From NCBI GenBank assembly GCA_964242415.1, contig CAXTAT010000023.1, positions 14,580-78,579 of the forward strand: 64,000 nucleotides of DNA, in the 5' to 3' direction. The translations under genes were made by a program, and so were the position numbers. Source of the DNA: an uncultured Acetobacteraceae bacterium (GTDB taxonomy: Bacteria; Pseudomonadota; Alphaproteobacteria; Acetobacterales; Acetobacteraceae). The notes below the pieces were generated by a model. The model saw nothing but the letters and a program-made list of their open reading frames with translations, searched no databases and had not been told where the DNA came from. The first letter of the stretch is position 1. Every line of letters begins with the position of its first letter. Below are positions 21,587-35,434 of the stretch, one piece after another.

Positions 21587-21631
21587 CTGTAGGGCAAGTG
21601 TCTGTAGGGCAAGTGTCTGTAGGGCGTGGGT
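21587..21631. repeat. 3 x 15-bp tandem direct repeat in the nuoH-nuoI spacer
   Basis: CTGTAGGGCAAGTGT / CTGTAGGGCAAGTGT / CTGTAGGGCGTGGGT, read directly on the plus strand. The array begins at the nuoH stop codon. Confidence 0.9.
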
Positions 21632-22653
21632 TAGACGGGATGCGACCCGGGCAGCCAGCCCATGCCGACCAGCACGCCGGCGGTCAGCACCAGCCAGCCC
21701 AACGATAGCGGCAAGAAGACCTTCCAGCCCAGACGCATTAACTGGTCGTAGCGGAAGCGCGGAAAGGTCGCCCGGACCCAGATGAACATGAACAGGATCA
21801 CCAGGATCTTGGCGATGAACCAGATTGGCCCCGGCACCCAGGTGAACGGCGCGAACGGGATCGGGCTGAGCCAGCCGCCCAGGAACAGGATCACCGTCAT
21901 GGCCGACATGAGGATCATGTTCGCGTATTCGCCGAGGAAGAACAGCCCGAAGGTCATCGCGCCATACTCGACGTGAAAGCCGCCGACGATCTCGCTCTCA
22001 CCCTCGGCCAAGTCGAACGGCGCGCGGTTGCACTCGGCCAGGATCGAGATGAAGAACACGATGAACATCGGGAACAGCGGGATGACAAACCACACATGCC
22101 GCTGCGCCCGCACGATGTCGGTCAAGTTCAGGCTGCCGGCGCACAGCAGCACCGTCACCATGACGAAGCCCATGCTGACCTCGTAGCTGACCATCTGCGC
22201 CGCCGAGCGCAGCGCGCCGAGGAAGGCATACTTCGAGTTGCTGGCCCAGCCGGCGATGACGATGCCGTAAACGCCGAGGCTGCTGATCGCGAACAGGTAC
22301 AAGACGCCGACGTTGATGTTGGCGACCGCCCAGCCGTCGTTCACGGGGATCACCGCCCAGGCGATCATCGCCAGCGTCATGGTCAGCAACGGCGCTACGA
22401 TGAACAGGATGCGGTTCGCCCCCGTGGGGATGATCGTCTCCTTCATCAGCATCTTCAGCGCGTCGGCAAACGGCTGCATCAGGCCGAAGGGGCCGACGAC
22501 GTTCGGCCCCTTCCGCATCTGCATCGCCGCCAGCACCTTGCGCTCGGCCAGCGTCAAATAGGCCACGCTGACCAACACCGGCACCAGCATGGCCAGGGTT
22601 TCGGCCACGGTCAGCACGGTGACGCCAACTGGGGTGGCGAGGAAATCGGTCAA
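21631..22653 (-). CDS. nuoH: NADH-quinone oxidoreductase subunit H
   Basis: ORF 21631..22794, trimmed to the TTG at 22653 ([23 protein letters not shown]...), which lies 4 nt after the nuoG stop. The upstream 47 codons overlap nuoG and look like junk. NuoH motifs are present ([26 protein letters not shown]). Confidence 0.9.
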   Translation of the reverse strand: MTDFLATPVGVTVLTVAETLAMLVPVLVSVAYLTLAERKVLAAMQMRKGPNVVGPFGLMQPFADALKMLMKETIIPTGANRILFIVAPLLTMTLAMIAWAVIPVNDGWAVANINVGVLYLFAISSLGVYGIVIAGWASNSKYAFLGALRSAAQMVSYEVSMGFVMVTVLLCAGSLNLTDIVRAQRHVWFVIPLFPMFIVFFISILAECNRAPFDLAEGESEIVGGFHVEYGAMTFGLFFLGEYANMILMSAMTVILFLGGWLSPIPFAPFTWVPGPIWFIAKILVILFMFIWVRATFPRFRYDQLMRLGWKVFLPLSLGWLVLTAGVLVGMGWLPGSHPV

Positions 22654-22657
22654 GGCG

Positions 22658-24700
22658 CTACTCCGCGGCCTGCAGCAAGGGGGCCGTGTAGGTCCGCGAG
22701 CATTCCGCCATCGTGACGCTGGCGCGGCTGATCGGGTCAGTCTGGTAGTAGTCGGGAACAGCCGGCACGAACGGGGCGTCGCCCACCGAGCCACCGGCAG
22801 GCGGACCGGCCTGGTCGGTGCAGCCGTGGCGCTGCAACTCCTGCTCGCGGGCGAACACCGGGTTTACCTGCACCAGGCGGTCGCGCACGCCGCGCAGGTC
22901 GTCATACGGTAGCGGCTTGCCCAGCGTGGCGCTGAACGCGCGCAGGATCGCCCAGTCCTCCCGCGCCTCGCCCGGCGGCTGCGTCGCCAGAAAGCCGCGC
23001 TGCATCCGGCCCTCGGTGTTGACGTAGGTGCCACCCTTCTCGGTGTAGGCCGAACCCGGCAGGATCACGTCGGCCCGCGCCGCGCCGCGGTCGCCGTGGT
23101 GGCCCTGATAGACGACGAAGGTGCGCTCGCCGATGCGGCCCATGTCGAACTCGTCGGCCGCAAGCAGCCAGAGCAGATCGACGCCGCCGCCCAGCATTGC
23201 CGCCAGGTCCTTGCCGCCCGGACCCGGCACGAAGCCCAGGTCCAGCGCCCCGACCCGCGCCGCCGCGGTGTGCAGCACGTTGAACCCGTGCCACTCCGGC
23301 GTCAGCGCGCCGACCTCCGCAGCCAAGGCCCACGCTGCGGCCAAGACCGCCGCGCCATCCCGGCGCCGCAGGGCACCCTGGCCGATGACGATCATCGGAT
23401 GCTTGGCGTCCCGCAGCACGTCGGCGAAGGCGCCCAGGTTGGACAGCGCGGCCGGGCCATCGCCGAGGTGCTCGACATGGTAGGTCAGGTCCGCCGGCTG
23501 GCCGATATAGCCGACCGGCAGCGGCCCCATGTTCATGCGCTTGCGGATGCGGGCGTTCAGCACCGGGGATTCGCGCCGCGGATTGCTGCCGATCAGCAGG
23601 ATGGCGTCGGCCTCCTCGATCCCGGCGACCGTCGTGTTGAACGTGTAGAAATCCCGGCGCCCGGCCGGCAACGCCGCGCCGTCCTGCCGGCAGTCCAGGT
23701 TCGCCGAGCCGAGCAGGCCCATCAGGTCCTTCAGCGCCACCATGCTCTCGGCGTCGCACAGGTCGCCCGCGATGGCACCGATGCGTTCGCCGGGCAGGCC
23801 GCGCAGCTTGGCCGCGATGGCGCCGAACGCCTCTGGCCAGGTCGCCTGGCGCAGCTTGCCATCCACACGCACCCAGGGCTTGTCCAGCCGCCGACGCTTC
23901 AGGCCGTCATGGGCGAAGCGGGACTTGTCGGCCAGCCATTCCTCGTTCACGTCCTCATTGGTGCGCGGCAGGATGCGCAGCACCTCGGACCCCCGGGCAT
24001 CGACGCTGATATTGGACCCCAGCGCGTCGTGCACGTCCACGCTGACAGTCTTGCGCAGCTCCCACGGACGGGCGACGAAGCTGTACGGCTTGCTCAGCAA
24101 CGCGCCGACCGGACAGATGTCGATCAGGTTGCCGGACAGCTCGGTGGTCAGCGCCTTCTCGATGTAGGTGCCGACCTCCATGTTCTCGCCGCGCGACACC
24201 GCGCCCATCTCGGGCACGCCGGCGACCTCGCTGCTAAAGCGGATGCAGCGGGTGCAATGGATGCACCGGGTCATGAACGTCTTGACCAGTGGACCCAGGT
24301 ACTTGTCCTTCACTGCCCGCTTGTTCTCGGCGTAGCGGGAGTGGTCCATGCCATAGGAATACGCCTGGTCCTGCAGGTCGCACTGGCCGCCCTGGTCGCA
24401 GATCGGGCAGTCCAACGGGTGGTTGATCAGCAGGAACTCCATCACGCCGCGGCGCGCCTGGCGCACGACGGCGGTGTCGGTCTTGACCACCATGCCGTCC
24501 GCGACCGGGTAAGCACAGCTTGCGACGGGTTTCGGGGCCTTCTCGATCTCGACCAGGCACATGCGGCAGTTGCCGGCGACCGACAGGCGCTCGTGGTAGC
24601 AGAACCGGGGTATTTCCTTGCCCGCCGCCTCGCACGCCTGCAGCACGGAGGCGCCGTTTGGGACCTCGACGTCGATCCCGTCAACCGTGACCTTTGCCAT
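22658..24700 (-). CDS. nuoG: NADH-quinone oxidoreductase subunit G
   Basis: 680-aa ORF with an N-terminal 2Fe-2S/4Fe-4S cysteine pattern ([46 protein letters not shown]). Confidence 0.96.
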   Translation of the reverse strand: MAKVTVDGIDVEVPNGASVLQACEAAGKEIPRFCYHERLSVAGNCRMCLVEIEKAPKPVASCAYPVADGMVVKTDTAVVRQARRGVMEFLLINHPLDCPICDQGGQCDLQDQAYSYGMDHSRYAENKRAVKDKYLGPLVKTFMTRCIHCTRCIRFSSEVAGVPEMGAVSRGENMEVGTYIEKALTTELSGNLIDICPVGALLSKPYSFVARPWELRKTVSVDVHDALGSNISVDARGSEVLRILPRTNEDVNEEWLADKSRFAHDGLKRRRLDKPWVRVDGKLRQATWPEAFGAIAAKLRGLPGERIGAIAGDLCDAESMVALKDLMGLLGSANLDCRQDGAALPAGRRDFYTFNTTVAGIEEADAILLIGSNPRRESPVLNARIRKRMNMGPLPVGYIGQPADLTYHVEHLGDGPAALSNLGAFADVLRDAKHPMIVIGQGALRRRDGAAVLAAAWALAAEVGALTPEWHGFNVLHTAAARVGALDLGFVPGPGGKDLAAMLGGGVDLLWLLAADEFDMGRIGERTFVVYQGHHGDRGAARADVILPGSAYTEKGGTYVNTEGRMQRGFLATQPPGEAREDWAILRAFSATLGKPLPYDDLRGVRDRLVQVNPVFAREQELQRHGCTDQAGPPAGGSVGDAPFVPAVPDYYQTDPISRASVTMAECSRTYTAPLLQAAE

Positions 24701-24706
24701 CTGAAC

Positions 24707-26017
24707 CTACTCCGCCGCCATCAACAGCGGCTTTGGCGCACGCGCCGCCTTGTACTCGGCGATGCGCTGTTCCATCACGGGGCGGAAATGCCGGATCAGG
24801 CCCTGGATCGGCCACGCCGCCGCGTCGCCCAGGGCGCAGATCGTGTGCCCCTCGATCTGCTTGGTCACCTGCTCCAGCGTGTCGATCTCGTCCAGTTCGG
24901 CCCGGCCCTGCACCATGCGGTGCATCACCCGCATCATCCAGCCGGTGCCCTCACGGCAGGGGGTGCACTGGCCGCAGCTCTCGTGCTTGTAGAACTGCGC
25001 CAGGCGGTCGATGGCGCGGATCACGTCGGTGCTCTTGTCCATGACGATCACGCCCGCGGTGCCCAGGCCGGACTTCACGTCGCGCAGGCTGTCGAAGTCC
25101 ATCAACACGGTGTCGCAGATCGACTTCGGCAGCAACGGCACGCTGGAGCCGCCGGGGATGATGGCCAGCAGGTTGTCCCACCCGCCACGCACGCCGCCGG
25201 CATAGGTGTCGATCAGCTCGCGTAGCGGGATGCCAAGCTCCTCCTCCACGTTGCACGGCTTGTTCACATGCCCGCTGATGCAGAAAATCTTGGTGCCGCT
25301 GTTCTTCGGCCGTCCCAGCGCCGAGAACCAGGCGCCGCCGCGCCGCAGGATGGTCGGGACGACGGCGATGGTCTCGACGTTGTTGACCGTCGTCGGGCAG
25401 CCATACAGGCCCACGGCGGCGGGGAATGGCGGCTTCAGCCGCGGCATGCCCTTCTTGCCTTCAAGACTCTCCAACAGCGCGGTCTCCTCGCCGCAGATGT
25501 AGGCGCCGGCGCCGCGATGCACATAAAGGTCGAAATCGTAGCCCGAGCCGGCCGCGTTCTTGCCCAGCAGGTTGGCCGCATACGCCTGGTCAACCGCAGC
25601 CTGCAAGTTGAGAGATTCGTTGTAGTACTCGCCGCGGATGTAGATGTAGCAGGCCGACGCGCCCATCGCGAAGGAGGCGATCAGCGCGCCCTCGATCAGC
25701 TTGTGCGGATCGTGCCGCATGATGTCGCGGTCCTTGCAGGTGCCCGGCTCGCTCTCGTCGGCGTTGATGACGAGGTAGCTCGGCCGGCCATCCGGCGCCG
25801 CCTGCTTCGGCATGAACGACCACTTCATGCCCGTCGGGAACCCGGCGCCGCCGCGGCCGCGCAGCCCGGACGCCTTCATCTCGTCGATGATCGCGTCGCG
25901 TCCACGGGCGATGATCGCCGCCGTGTCGGCCCAATCGCCACGCGCCCGCGCGCCTTCGAGGGTCCAGTCGTGCTGGCCATATAGATTGGTAAAGATGCGG
26001 TCCTTGTCGGCAAGCAT
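24707..26017 (-). CDS. nuoF: NADH-quinone oxidoreductase subunit F
   Basis: ORF trimmed to the ATG at 26017 ([14 protein letters not shown]...), with a GGAG about 10 nt upstream. FMN/NADH and 4Fe-4S motifs are present ([22 protein letters not shown]). Confidence 0.95.
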   Translation of the reverse strand: MLADKDRIFTNLYGQHDWTLEGARARGDWADTAAIIARGRDAIIDEMKASGLRGRGGAGFPTGMKWSFMPKQAAPDGRPSYLVINADESEPGTCKDRDIMRHDPHKLIEGALIASFAMGASACYIYIRGEYYNESLNLQAAVDQAYAANLLGKNAAGSGYDFDLYVHRGAGAYICGEETALLESLEGKKGMPRLKPPFPAAVGLYGCPTTVNNVETIAVVPTILRRGGAWFSALGRPKNSGTKIFCISGHVNKPCNVEEELGIPLRELIDTYAGGVRGGWDNLLAIIPGGSSVPLLPKSICDTVLMDFDSLRDVKSGLGTAGVIVMDKSTDVIRAIDRLAQFYKHESCGQCTPCREGTGWMMRVMHRMVQGRAELDEIDTLEQVTKQIEGHTICALGDAAAWPIQGLIRHFRPVMEQRIAEYKAARAPKPLLMAAE

Positions 26018-26021
26018 CGTG

Positions 26022-26708
26022 CTACTCCACATCCAAAAGGGTGGTCGGGCCACCCTCGGGCGCCGAGGTCAACCGACCAATCGACGATCCCACCGGCACC
26101 TTCTCGCCCCGGCGCAGCGCTTGCAGCAGCGCCACCGTCCGGTCGTAATCCAGGTCTTCGTGGTAGTCGTCGTCCACACACAATATAGGCGCGTTCACGC
26201 AGGCTCCGAGGCATTCAACCTCGCTCAGGGTGAACATTCCGTCGACGCTCGTTTCGCGCCAGGCCTTGATTCCCGTCTCGTCCCGGCAGGCACGTGTGAT
26301 CTCGTCCGACCCGCGCAGCCAGCACGGCGTCGTGCCGCACACCTGCAAGTGGTAGCGGCCGATCGGGTTGGTGTTGAACATCAGGTAGAAGGTGGCGACC
26401 TCGTAAACCCGGATCGGCGGCAGCTCCAGCCGGGCCGCTACCACGTCCATCGCCACCGTAGGCACCCAGGCGCTGCCGGTCTGCCGCCTCATCTGCGACT
26501 GCACGATATACAGCAGCGGCAGCACCCCGCTCGCCTTCCGGCTGGGCGGGTACTTGGTCAGCACCAGTTCTATGGCCCGGTTGCTCTCCTCATCGAAGGC
26601 GAAATGCTCTGGCTGCGGGGCACCCAACCCGGTGCTGCCGTCACCGTAGTCCTCCGCTGTGCCGTTGCCGACCTGTGACCCGCGGGGTCCGCCCAAGCTC
26701 TGAGACAT
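26022..26708 (-). CDS. nuoE: NADH-quinone oxidoreductase subunit E
   Basis: 228-aa ORF with 2Fe-2S thioredoxin-like motifs ([22 protein letters not shown]). It has a Gly/Ser-rich N-terminal extension. Confidence 0.93.
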   Translation of the reverse strand: MSQSLGGPRGSQVGNGTAEDYGDGSTGLGAPQPEHFAFDEESNRAIELVLTKYPPSRKASGVLPLLYIVQSQMRRQTGSAWVPTVAMDVVAARLELPPIRVYEVATFYLMFNTNPIGRYHLQVCGTTPCWLRGSDEITRACRDETGIKAWRETSVDGMFTLSEVECLGACVNAPILCVDDDYHEDLDYDRTVALLQALRRGEKVPVGSSIGRLTSAPEGGPTTLLDVE

Positions 26709-26711
26709 GCT

Positions 26712-27968
26712 CTACCTGTCGATCTCGCCGAATACGACGTCCACGGAGCCGATGATGGCCACTGCATCGGCCAGCATGTGCCGCTTGCTCATGTGCTCAA
26801 TTGCCTGCAGGTTTGCGAAGCCGGTCGGGCGTATCTTGCAGCGATACGGCCGGTTGCTGCCGTCGGCCACCAGGTACACGCCGAACTCGCCCTTAGGGCT
26901 TTCAGTCGCCGTGTAGGTCGATCCCGCGGGGATGTGGTAGCCCTCGGTATAGAGCTTGAAGTGATGGATCAGCGCCTCCATCGACCGCTTCATCTCCTGC
27001 CGGCGCGGGGCGGAGAACTTGCGGTCCTGGATCTTCACGTCGCCGGGCTGCATCTTCTCCAGGCACTGCTGGATGATGTAGACGCTCTGCCGCATCTCCG
27101 CCATGCGGACCAGGTAGCGGTCATAGCAGTCGCCGTTGCGGGCCACCGGGATGTCGAACTCGACCTGGTCATACATATCGTACGGCTGCGACTTGCGCAG
27201 GTCCCACGGTACGCCGCTGGCGCGCAGGCAGGGGCCAGTGAAGCCCCAGGCCAGCGCGTCCTCGCTGGTCATGATGCCGATATCGACCGTCCGCTGCTTC
27301 CAGATGCGGTTGGTGGTCAGCAACTGCTCCAGCTCGTCGATGAACTTCGGGAATGTCTGCGCCCACTCGCCGATCTCCTCCGCCAGGCGGCCCGGCAGGT
27401 CACGCGCCACGCCGCCGGCACGGAAGTAGTTGGCGTGATAGCGGGCGCCGGACACACCCTCGTAGAACTGCAGCAGCTTCTCCCGCTCCTCGAAGCCCCA
27501 CAGGCTCGGCGTGATCGCGCCCACGTCCAGGGCGTAGGTCGTCACGTTCAGCAGGTGGTTCAGCACGCGGGTGATCTCGGCGAACATCGTGCGTATCCAG
27601 CGGCCACGTGCGGGCGCCTGGATGCACAGCAGCTTCTCCTGCGCCAAGGCCCAGGTGTGCTCCATGCACATCGGACTGACGTAATCCAGGCGGTCGAAGT
27701 ACGGCAGCGCCTGCAGGTAGGTCTTGTGCTCGATCAGCTTCTCGGTGCCGCGGTGCAGCAGGCCGATGTGCGGGTCGGCCCGCTCGACGACCTCGCCGTC
27801 CATTTCCAGGATCAGGCGCAGCACGCCGTGCGCCGCCGGATGCTGCGGGCCGAAGTTGATGGTGTGGTTGTCCACCTCGAGAATCTTGGTGGTGTCCGGC
27901 TTCATTTCCTCGGGCGTCGTGCTGTGCGTGCCCATGAAGTCGCCGATGCGAACGTCGTCTGGCATCAC
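26712..27968 (-). CDS. nuoD: NADH-quinone oxidoreductase subunit D
   Basis: 418-aa ORF with [15 protein letters not shown] and a C-terminal VFGEIDR. The start is a GTG at 27968 (GTGA overlap with the nuoC stop) or the adjacent ATG at 27965. Confidence 0.94.
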   Translation of the reverse strand: MMPDDVRIGDFMGTHSTTPEEMKPDTTKILEVDNHTINFGPQHPAAHGVLRLILEMDGEVVERADPHIGLLHRGTEKLIEHKTYLQALPYFDRLDYVSPMCMEHTWALAQEKLLCIQAPARGRWIRTMFAEITRVLNHLLNVTTYALDVGAITPSLWGFEEREKLLQFYEGVSGARYHANYFRAGGVARDLPGRLAEEIGEWAQTFPKFIDELEQLLTTNRIWKQRTVDIGIMTSEDALAWGFTGPCLRASGVPWDLRKSQPYDMYDQVEFDIPVARNGDCYDRYLVRMAEMRQSVYIIQQCLEKMQPGDVKIQDRKFSAPRRQEMKRSMEALIHHFKLYTEGYHIPAGSTYTATESPKGEFGVYLVADGSNRPYRCKIRPTGFANLQAIEHMSKRHMLADAVAIIGSVDVVFGEIDR

Positions 27969-28681
27969 TTGGTCTCCTGCGGCGCGCCCTTGGGCTTGTC
28001 ACCCTGGGCGGCAATGCGGTCGGTATGCGCCTTCTCGTCCCCGGGCAGCGTCACCATGCCCTCCCACGGGGAGACGAAGTCGAAATTGCGGAAATCCTGC
28101 GTCAGGCTGACAGGCTCGTTGACGACCTGCTTGCGCTCGTCGTCGTAGCGGACCTCGACGTAGCCGACCAAGGGGAAATCCTTGCGCAGCGGATGGCCGC
28201 TGAAGCCGTAATCGGTCAGGATGCGGCGCAGGTCGGGCTGGTCGCTGAACACGATGCCGAACAGGTCCCACGCCTCGCGCTCGAACCAGGTGGCCACGGG
28301 CCAGATGCGGTGGATGCTGGGCACGGGGCTGCGCTCGTCCGTGGTGATCACGACGCGGACGCGGTGGTTCAGCGATACCGAGAGCAGGTTATACACGACA
28401 TCGAAGCGCTCCGGACGCTCCGGCCAGTCCACGCCGCACAGGTCCATCAACTGCTCGCACGAGAAGCGCGAGTCGTCGCGCAGCGTCGTCAACAGGCCCG
28501 CGATGGCGTCCCGTTCCGCATGGATCACCAACTCGCCGCCTTCCAGCCCGGCACGCGACACCCCAGGCAGGGTGCCGGCATCGCGCGCCAGGGCCGTCAG
28601 GTCGCTCGGCGCCACCGCAATGGCCGGAGCCTGTGCGGGAGCCTCGGTGCCGTCTGGCAGGTTCTCGTAGGTCTCAGCCAC
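27965..28681 (-). CDS. nuoC: NADH-quinone oxidoreductase subunit C
   Basis: 238-aa ORF with [23 protein letters not shown] and HPLRKDFPL. Confidence 0.94.
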   Translation of the reverse strand: MAETYENLPDGTEAPAQAPAIAVAPSDLTALARDAGTLPGVSRAGLEGGELVIHAERDAIAGLLTTLRDDSRFSCEQLMDLCGVDWPERPERFDVVYNLLSVSLNHRVRVVITTDERSPVPSIHRIWPVATWFEREAWDLFGIVFSDQPDLRRILTDYGFSGHPLRKDFPLVGYVEVRYDDERKQVVNEPVSLTQDFRNFDFVSPWEGMVTLPGDEKAHTDRIAAQGDKPKGAPQETK

Positions 28682-29237
28682 GCAGGATGGTCCCGGTACG
28701 GCGGATTTTCTTCTGCAACTGCATGATCCCGTACACCAGCGCCTCCGCCGTCGGCGGGCAGCCCGGCACGTACACGTCCACCGGCACGATCCGGTCGCAG
28801 CCGCGCACCACCGAGTAGCTGTAGTGGTAATAGCCGCCGCCGTTGGCGCAGGACCCCATGCTGATCACCCAGCGCGGCTCCGGCATCTGGTCGTAAACCT
28901 TGCGCAACGCTGGGGCCATCTTGTTGGTCAGCGTGCCGGCCACGATCATCACGTCCGACTGCCGCGGGCTGGCCCGGGGGATCACGCCGAAGCGGTCCAG
29001 GTCATAGCGCGGCATGTAGGCGTGGATCATCTCCACCGCGCAGCAGGCCAGGCCGAACGTCATCGGCCACAGGCTGCCGGTGCGCGCCCAGTTTACCACC
29101 TTGTCCAGGTTGGCGACGACGAACCCCTTGTCGGCCACCTCACCGGTGATGCCCTTGATGACGGCGTCCTGCGCCGCGCCGGGCTGCAGGGCCTCACGGT
29201 TCCAGGCGATATCAGTACCAATCGTGGTCGCGCTCAT
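28674..29237 (-). CDS. nuoB: NADH-quinone oxidoreductase subunit B
   Basis: 187-aa ORF with [31 protein letters not shown] and GCPPTAE. Confidence 0.96.
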   Translation of the reverse strand: MSATTIGTDIAWNREALQPGAAQDAVIKGITGEVADKGFVVANLDKVVNWARTGSLWPMTFGLACCAVEMIHAYMPRYDLDRFGVIPRASPRQSDVMIVAGTLTNKMAPALRKVYDQMPEPRWVISMGSCANGGGYYHYSYSVVRGCDRIVPVDVYVPGCPPTAEALVYGIMQLQKKIRRTGTILRG

Positions 29238-29244
29238 GGCGTGA

Positions 29245-29607
29245 CTACTCCCATTCCAGTGCGCCTTTGCACCACTCGTAGATGAAGCCGACCGTCAGGA
29301 CTGCAAGGAAACCGAGCATCGAGAGGAAGCCGAACATGCCGATGTCGCCGAGGCTGACCGCCCAGGGGAACAGGAAGGCGACTTCCAGGTCGAAGATGAT
29401 GAACAAGATGGCGACGAGGTAGAACCGCACATCGAACTTGCGACGGGCGTCGTCGAACGGCTCGAACCCGCACTCGTAGGCCGACAGCTTCTCGGCGTAT
29501 GGCCGCTGCTTGGCGGCGAGCAACGAGCCGCCGACCATGGCCAGGGCGATGAACCCGCCAATGGCGATGAACACGAGTATGGGGAAGTACTCGGAGAGCA
29601 ACAGCAT
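29245..29607 (-). CDS. nuoA: NADH-quinone oxidoreductase subunit A
   Basis: ORF 29245..29667, trimmed to the ATG at 29607 ([18 protein letters not shown]...), giving 120 aa with an AGGGA upstream. It contains YECGFEPF and [13 protein letters not shown]. Confidence 0.92.
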   Translation of the reverse strand: MLLLSEYFPILVFIAIGGFIALAMVGGSLLAAKQRPYAEKLSAYECGFEPFDDARRKFDVRFYLVAILFIIFDLEVAFLFPWAVSLGDIGMFGFLSMLGFLAVLTVGFIYEWCKGALEWE

Positions 29608-29725
29608 CTTGATCCCTGACGGTGTGGCCGCGCTGTGTGCGCTGCAACAGGGATATACGGTGGACATGACGCGCCTTCCAGGGAAAGCCGCGCCGTATGC
29701 GAGATGTTATGGAGTGTGCCGCTGC

Positions 29726-29802
<77 letters not shown>

Positions 29803-29899
29803 AGCGGCAGGGCGCACGATCTACGGTGCGGACCGGGCCTCGTCAAGCCGTGTCGTGCCGGGCAGTGCAGGCGTGCATGGTGATACGGACGTTGCCTAA

Positions 29900-30046
29900 C
29901 CCCCTTTCCCTCCGGGAGAAGGCCGGGGTGAGGGAGGCCACGAGAACCTAATTCGCCCACCTATGGATGGATGCCGTTCCTGAACAGGCCGGGTTTGGCC
30001 CTTGCCCACTCCCTCACCCCGGCCCTCTCTCGGAGGGAGAGGGAGC
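29900..30046. repeat. REP-like family 1, inverted pair (copy 1 of 4)
   Basis: The left arm is ...CCCTTTCCCTCCGGGAGAAGGCCGGGGTGAGGGAGG. The right arm is CTCCCTCACCCCGGCCCTCTCTCGGAGGGAGAGGGAGC, its reverse complement, after a spacer of about 70 bp. The pair lies between tRNA-Asp and tRNA-Val. Confidence 0.85.
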
Positions 30047-30064
30047 AGTAGGAGTTATCCGGCG

Positions 30065-30136
30065 TGGGCGGTGACGGGATCGAACCGCCGGCCCTCTCGG
30101 TGTAAACGAGACGCTCTACCGCTGAGCTAACCGCCC
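30065..30136 (-). tRNA. tRNA-Val (anticodon TAC)
   Basis: The reverse complement GGGCGGTTAGCTCAGCGGTAGAGCGTCTCGTTTACACCGAGAGGGCCGGCGGTTCGATCCCGTCACCGCCCA folds as a cloverleaf. The anticodon loop is TTTACAC and the 3' CCA is not encoded. Confidence 0.88.
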
Positions 30137-30420
30137 ATGCCGGCGCGTAGGCTTACAGCTTCCCGCAACGCCCTGCCAGGCCGGAACCGCACCGAGCAGG
30201 TAGCGCCCACAGCGATCCGCGCCCCCGTGCGGGGATTGCGCCCTGTGGTCGCCTTGCGGACCGAAGGGGCGAACGTGCCAAACCCGGCCAGCCGCACGTC
30301 GCGCCCCTGCCGCAGCCCGCCCTCGATGGCGGACAGCACGGCGTCCACAGCCTCATTGGCTTTGCCGATGGCCACGTCCATGTCGGCCGCAACAGCATGA
30401 ACAAGATCGACGCGGCTCAT
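30127..30420 (-). CDS. hupB: HU-family DNA-binding protein
   Basis: ORF 30127..30582, trimmed to the ATG at 30420. The product is MSRVDLVHAVAADMDVAIGKANEAVDAVLSAIEGGLRQGRDVRLAGFGTFAPSVRKATTGRNPRTGARIAVGATCSVRFRPGRALREAV.... It has the HU fold signature and the conserved position after lon. The stop codon lies inside tRNA-Val. Confidence 0.85.
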   Translation of the reverse strand: MSRVDLVHAVAADMDVAIGKANEAVDAVLSAIEGGLRQGRDVRLAGFGTFAPSVRKATTGRNPRTGARIAVGATCSVRFRPGRALREAVSLRAGMGG

Positions 30421-30621
30421 GGCGCGTGCGGTCCCATGCGGTGTCATCGCGATGCCGTCATTTGCCATGGCCATACCCACGTGTGTTGTTTTGCCCAGTA
30501 TGGTTCGCCTCCGAACCGGGTCAACGACACGCAGATGTCCCGGCGCACAGGCCGGCAACGCTGTTGCGGATATGCCGCGCATCGTCCCGTCCCGGCGTGG
30601 CAGCCAGGACGGGACCGCGTG

Positions 30622-33030
<2,409 letters not shown>

Positions 33031-33134
33031 AAGACCTCCAAAAGGACGATCAGGGCGGCTGCACGCCCGTTCTGGCACGTGTCGCGGCCGTGGTGGGGAG
33101 AACTCCCCTGCCAGCCATTCGGCTGACTAGACGC

Positions 33135-33163
33135 ATATCGGCAGCCCGCCCCGCCGGAGCAAG
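33135..33163 (-). promoter_or_regulatory. possible sigma-32-type promoter upstream of lon
   Basis: The minus strand reads CTTGCTC-N14-GCCGATAT, compared with the heat-shock consensus CTTGAAA-N13-15-CCCCATNT. The match is partial. Confidence 0.3.
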
Positions 33164-33193
33164 GCCTGCCATCGAAGCGAGGCGGCTGCCGTG

Positions 33194-34456
<1,263 letters not shown>

Positions 34457-34674
34457 TCCTGCCCCGCGCCTACGGGGACAAACCCTGGAATACTAGACCC
34501 GGCACGGCAGGGCGGACAAGCCTAGGCGGCCGCCTCCAACCCCAGGCCGCAGCCGGGCGTAGATTTGTGACATACGGATGGCACAGCAAGAGGTGTGCCC
34601 ACGCCTACCGCTTTGCAACGCCGCATGTTGCGGCGCCGTGTTTCGCAGCGGCAGAGGTGGGATTGGTCAGGCGG

Positions 34675-35316
34675 TCACGGCTTGGCAGGCTCGACCGGGG
34701 CTGGGCGATTCTCGACGACGATGTCCACCAGTCCGAAGTCGCGGGCCTCCTCGGCGGACATGTAGCTGTCGCGCTCCAGCTTATGCTCGATGGCGGACAA
34801 CTCCTGGCCGGTGTGGCGGACATAGATCTCGTTCAGGCGCTTGCGAAGGGTGAGGATTTCCTTTGCCTGGATCTCGATGTCCGTCGCCTGGCCCTGCGCC
34901 CCGCCGCTGGGCTGGTGCACCATGACGCGGGCGTTCGGGGTAGCGTAGCGCTTGCCCGCGGCGCCGGCGCAGAGCAGCAGGCTGCCCATGCTGGCGGCCT
35001 GGCCGATGCACAGGGTGCTGACCGGGCTGCGGATGTACTGCATGGTGTCGTAGATCGCCAAGCCGGCCGAGACGACGCCGCCGGGGCTGTTGATATAGAA
35101 GCTGATGTCCTTGCTGGGATTGTCGCTCTCGAGGAACAGCAACTGCGCGCAGATCACCGCGGCAACCTGGTCATAGACGGCGCCGGTCAGGAAGATGATT
35201 CGCTCCTTGAGCAGGCGCGAGTAGATGTCGAAGGCGCGCTCGCCGCGGGCGGACTGCTCGACCACCATGGGGACCAGCGCCTGGTTGTAGATCTCGAGCG
35301 GATCGCGATCCCTCAT
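34675..35316 (-). CDS. clpP: ATP-dependent Clp protease proteolytic subunit
   Basis: 213-aa ORF with [19 protein letters not shown] (catalytic Ser) and [10 protein letters not shown] (His). Confidence 0.96.
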   Translation of the reverse strand: MRDRDPLEIYNQALVPMVVEQSARGERAFDIYSRLLKERIIFLTGAVYDQVAAVICAQLLFLESDNPSKDISFYINSPGGVVSAGLAIYDTMQYIRSPVSTLCIGQAASMGSLLLCAGAAGKRYATPNARVMVHQPSGGAQGQATDIEIQAKEILTLRKRLNEIYVRHTGQELSAIEHKLERDSYMSAEEARDFGLVDIVVENRPAPVEPAKP

Positions 35317-35365
35317 ACCTGCATTCCTTCTGATTGCCGCCGTGGATGGGCAGACGACGCCTTAG

Positions 35366-35393
35366 ACATGGGCGAGAATAGGCACGGTTCCAG
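35366..35393 (-). promoter_or_regulatory. possible sigma-32-type promoter upstream of clpP
   Basis: The minus strand reads CTGGAAC-N13-GCCCATGT, compared with CTTGAAA-N13-15-CCCCATNT. It lies about 50 nt upstream of the clpP ATG. Confidence 0.4.
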
Positions 35394-35434
35394 CCAGGCA
35401 GGCCCCGGCTGGTTGTCCAGGGTGCCCGCCGGCG

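Noticed and set aside
22654-22794. N-terminal 47-codon extension of nuoH, and similar extensions on rpsB, lon, nuoA, nuoF, the LolC/E permease, hupB, the CitE-like gene, the sigma factor and the OMF
   Set aside because: The extensions overlap upstream genes or repeats and lack homology. Internal starts restore canonical N-termini and sensible RBS or coupling geometry.
16560-25225. Long plus-strand ORFs across the nuo operon (for example 16560..17972, 17860..19083, 23096..25225)
   Set aside because: All are antisense to nuo genes that carry diagnostic Fe-S or antiporter motifs. They are highly charged, repetitive His/Arg/Asp/Gln strings.
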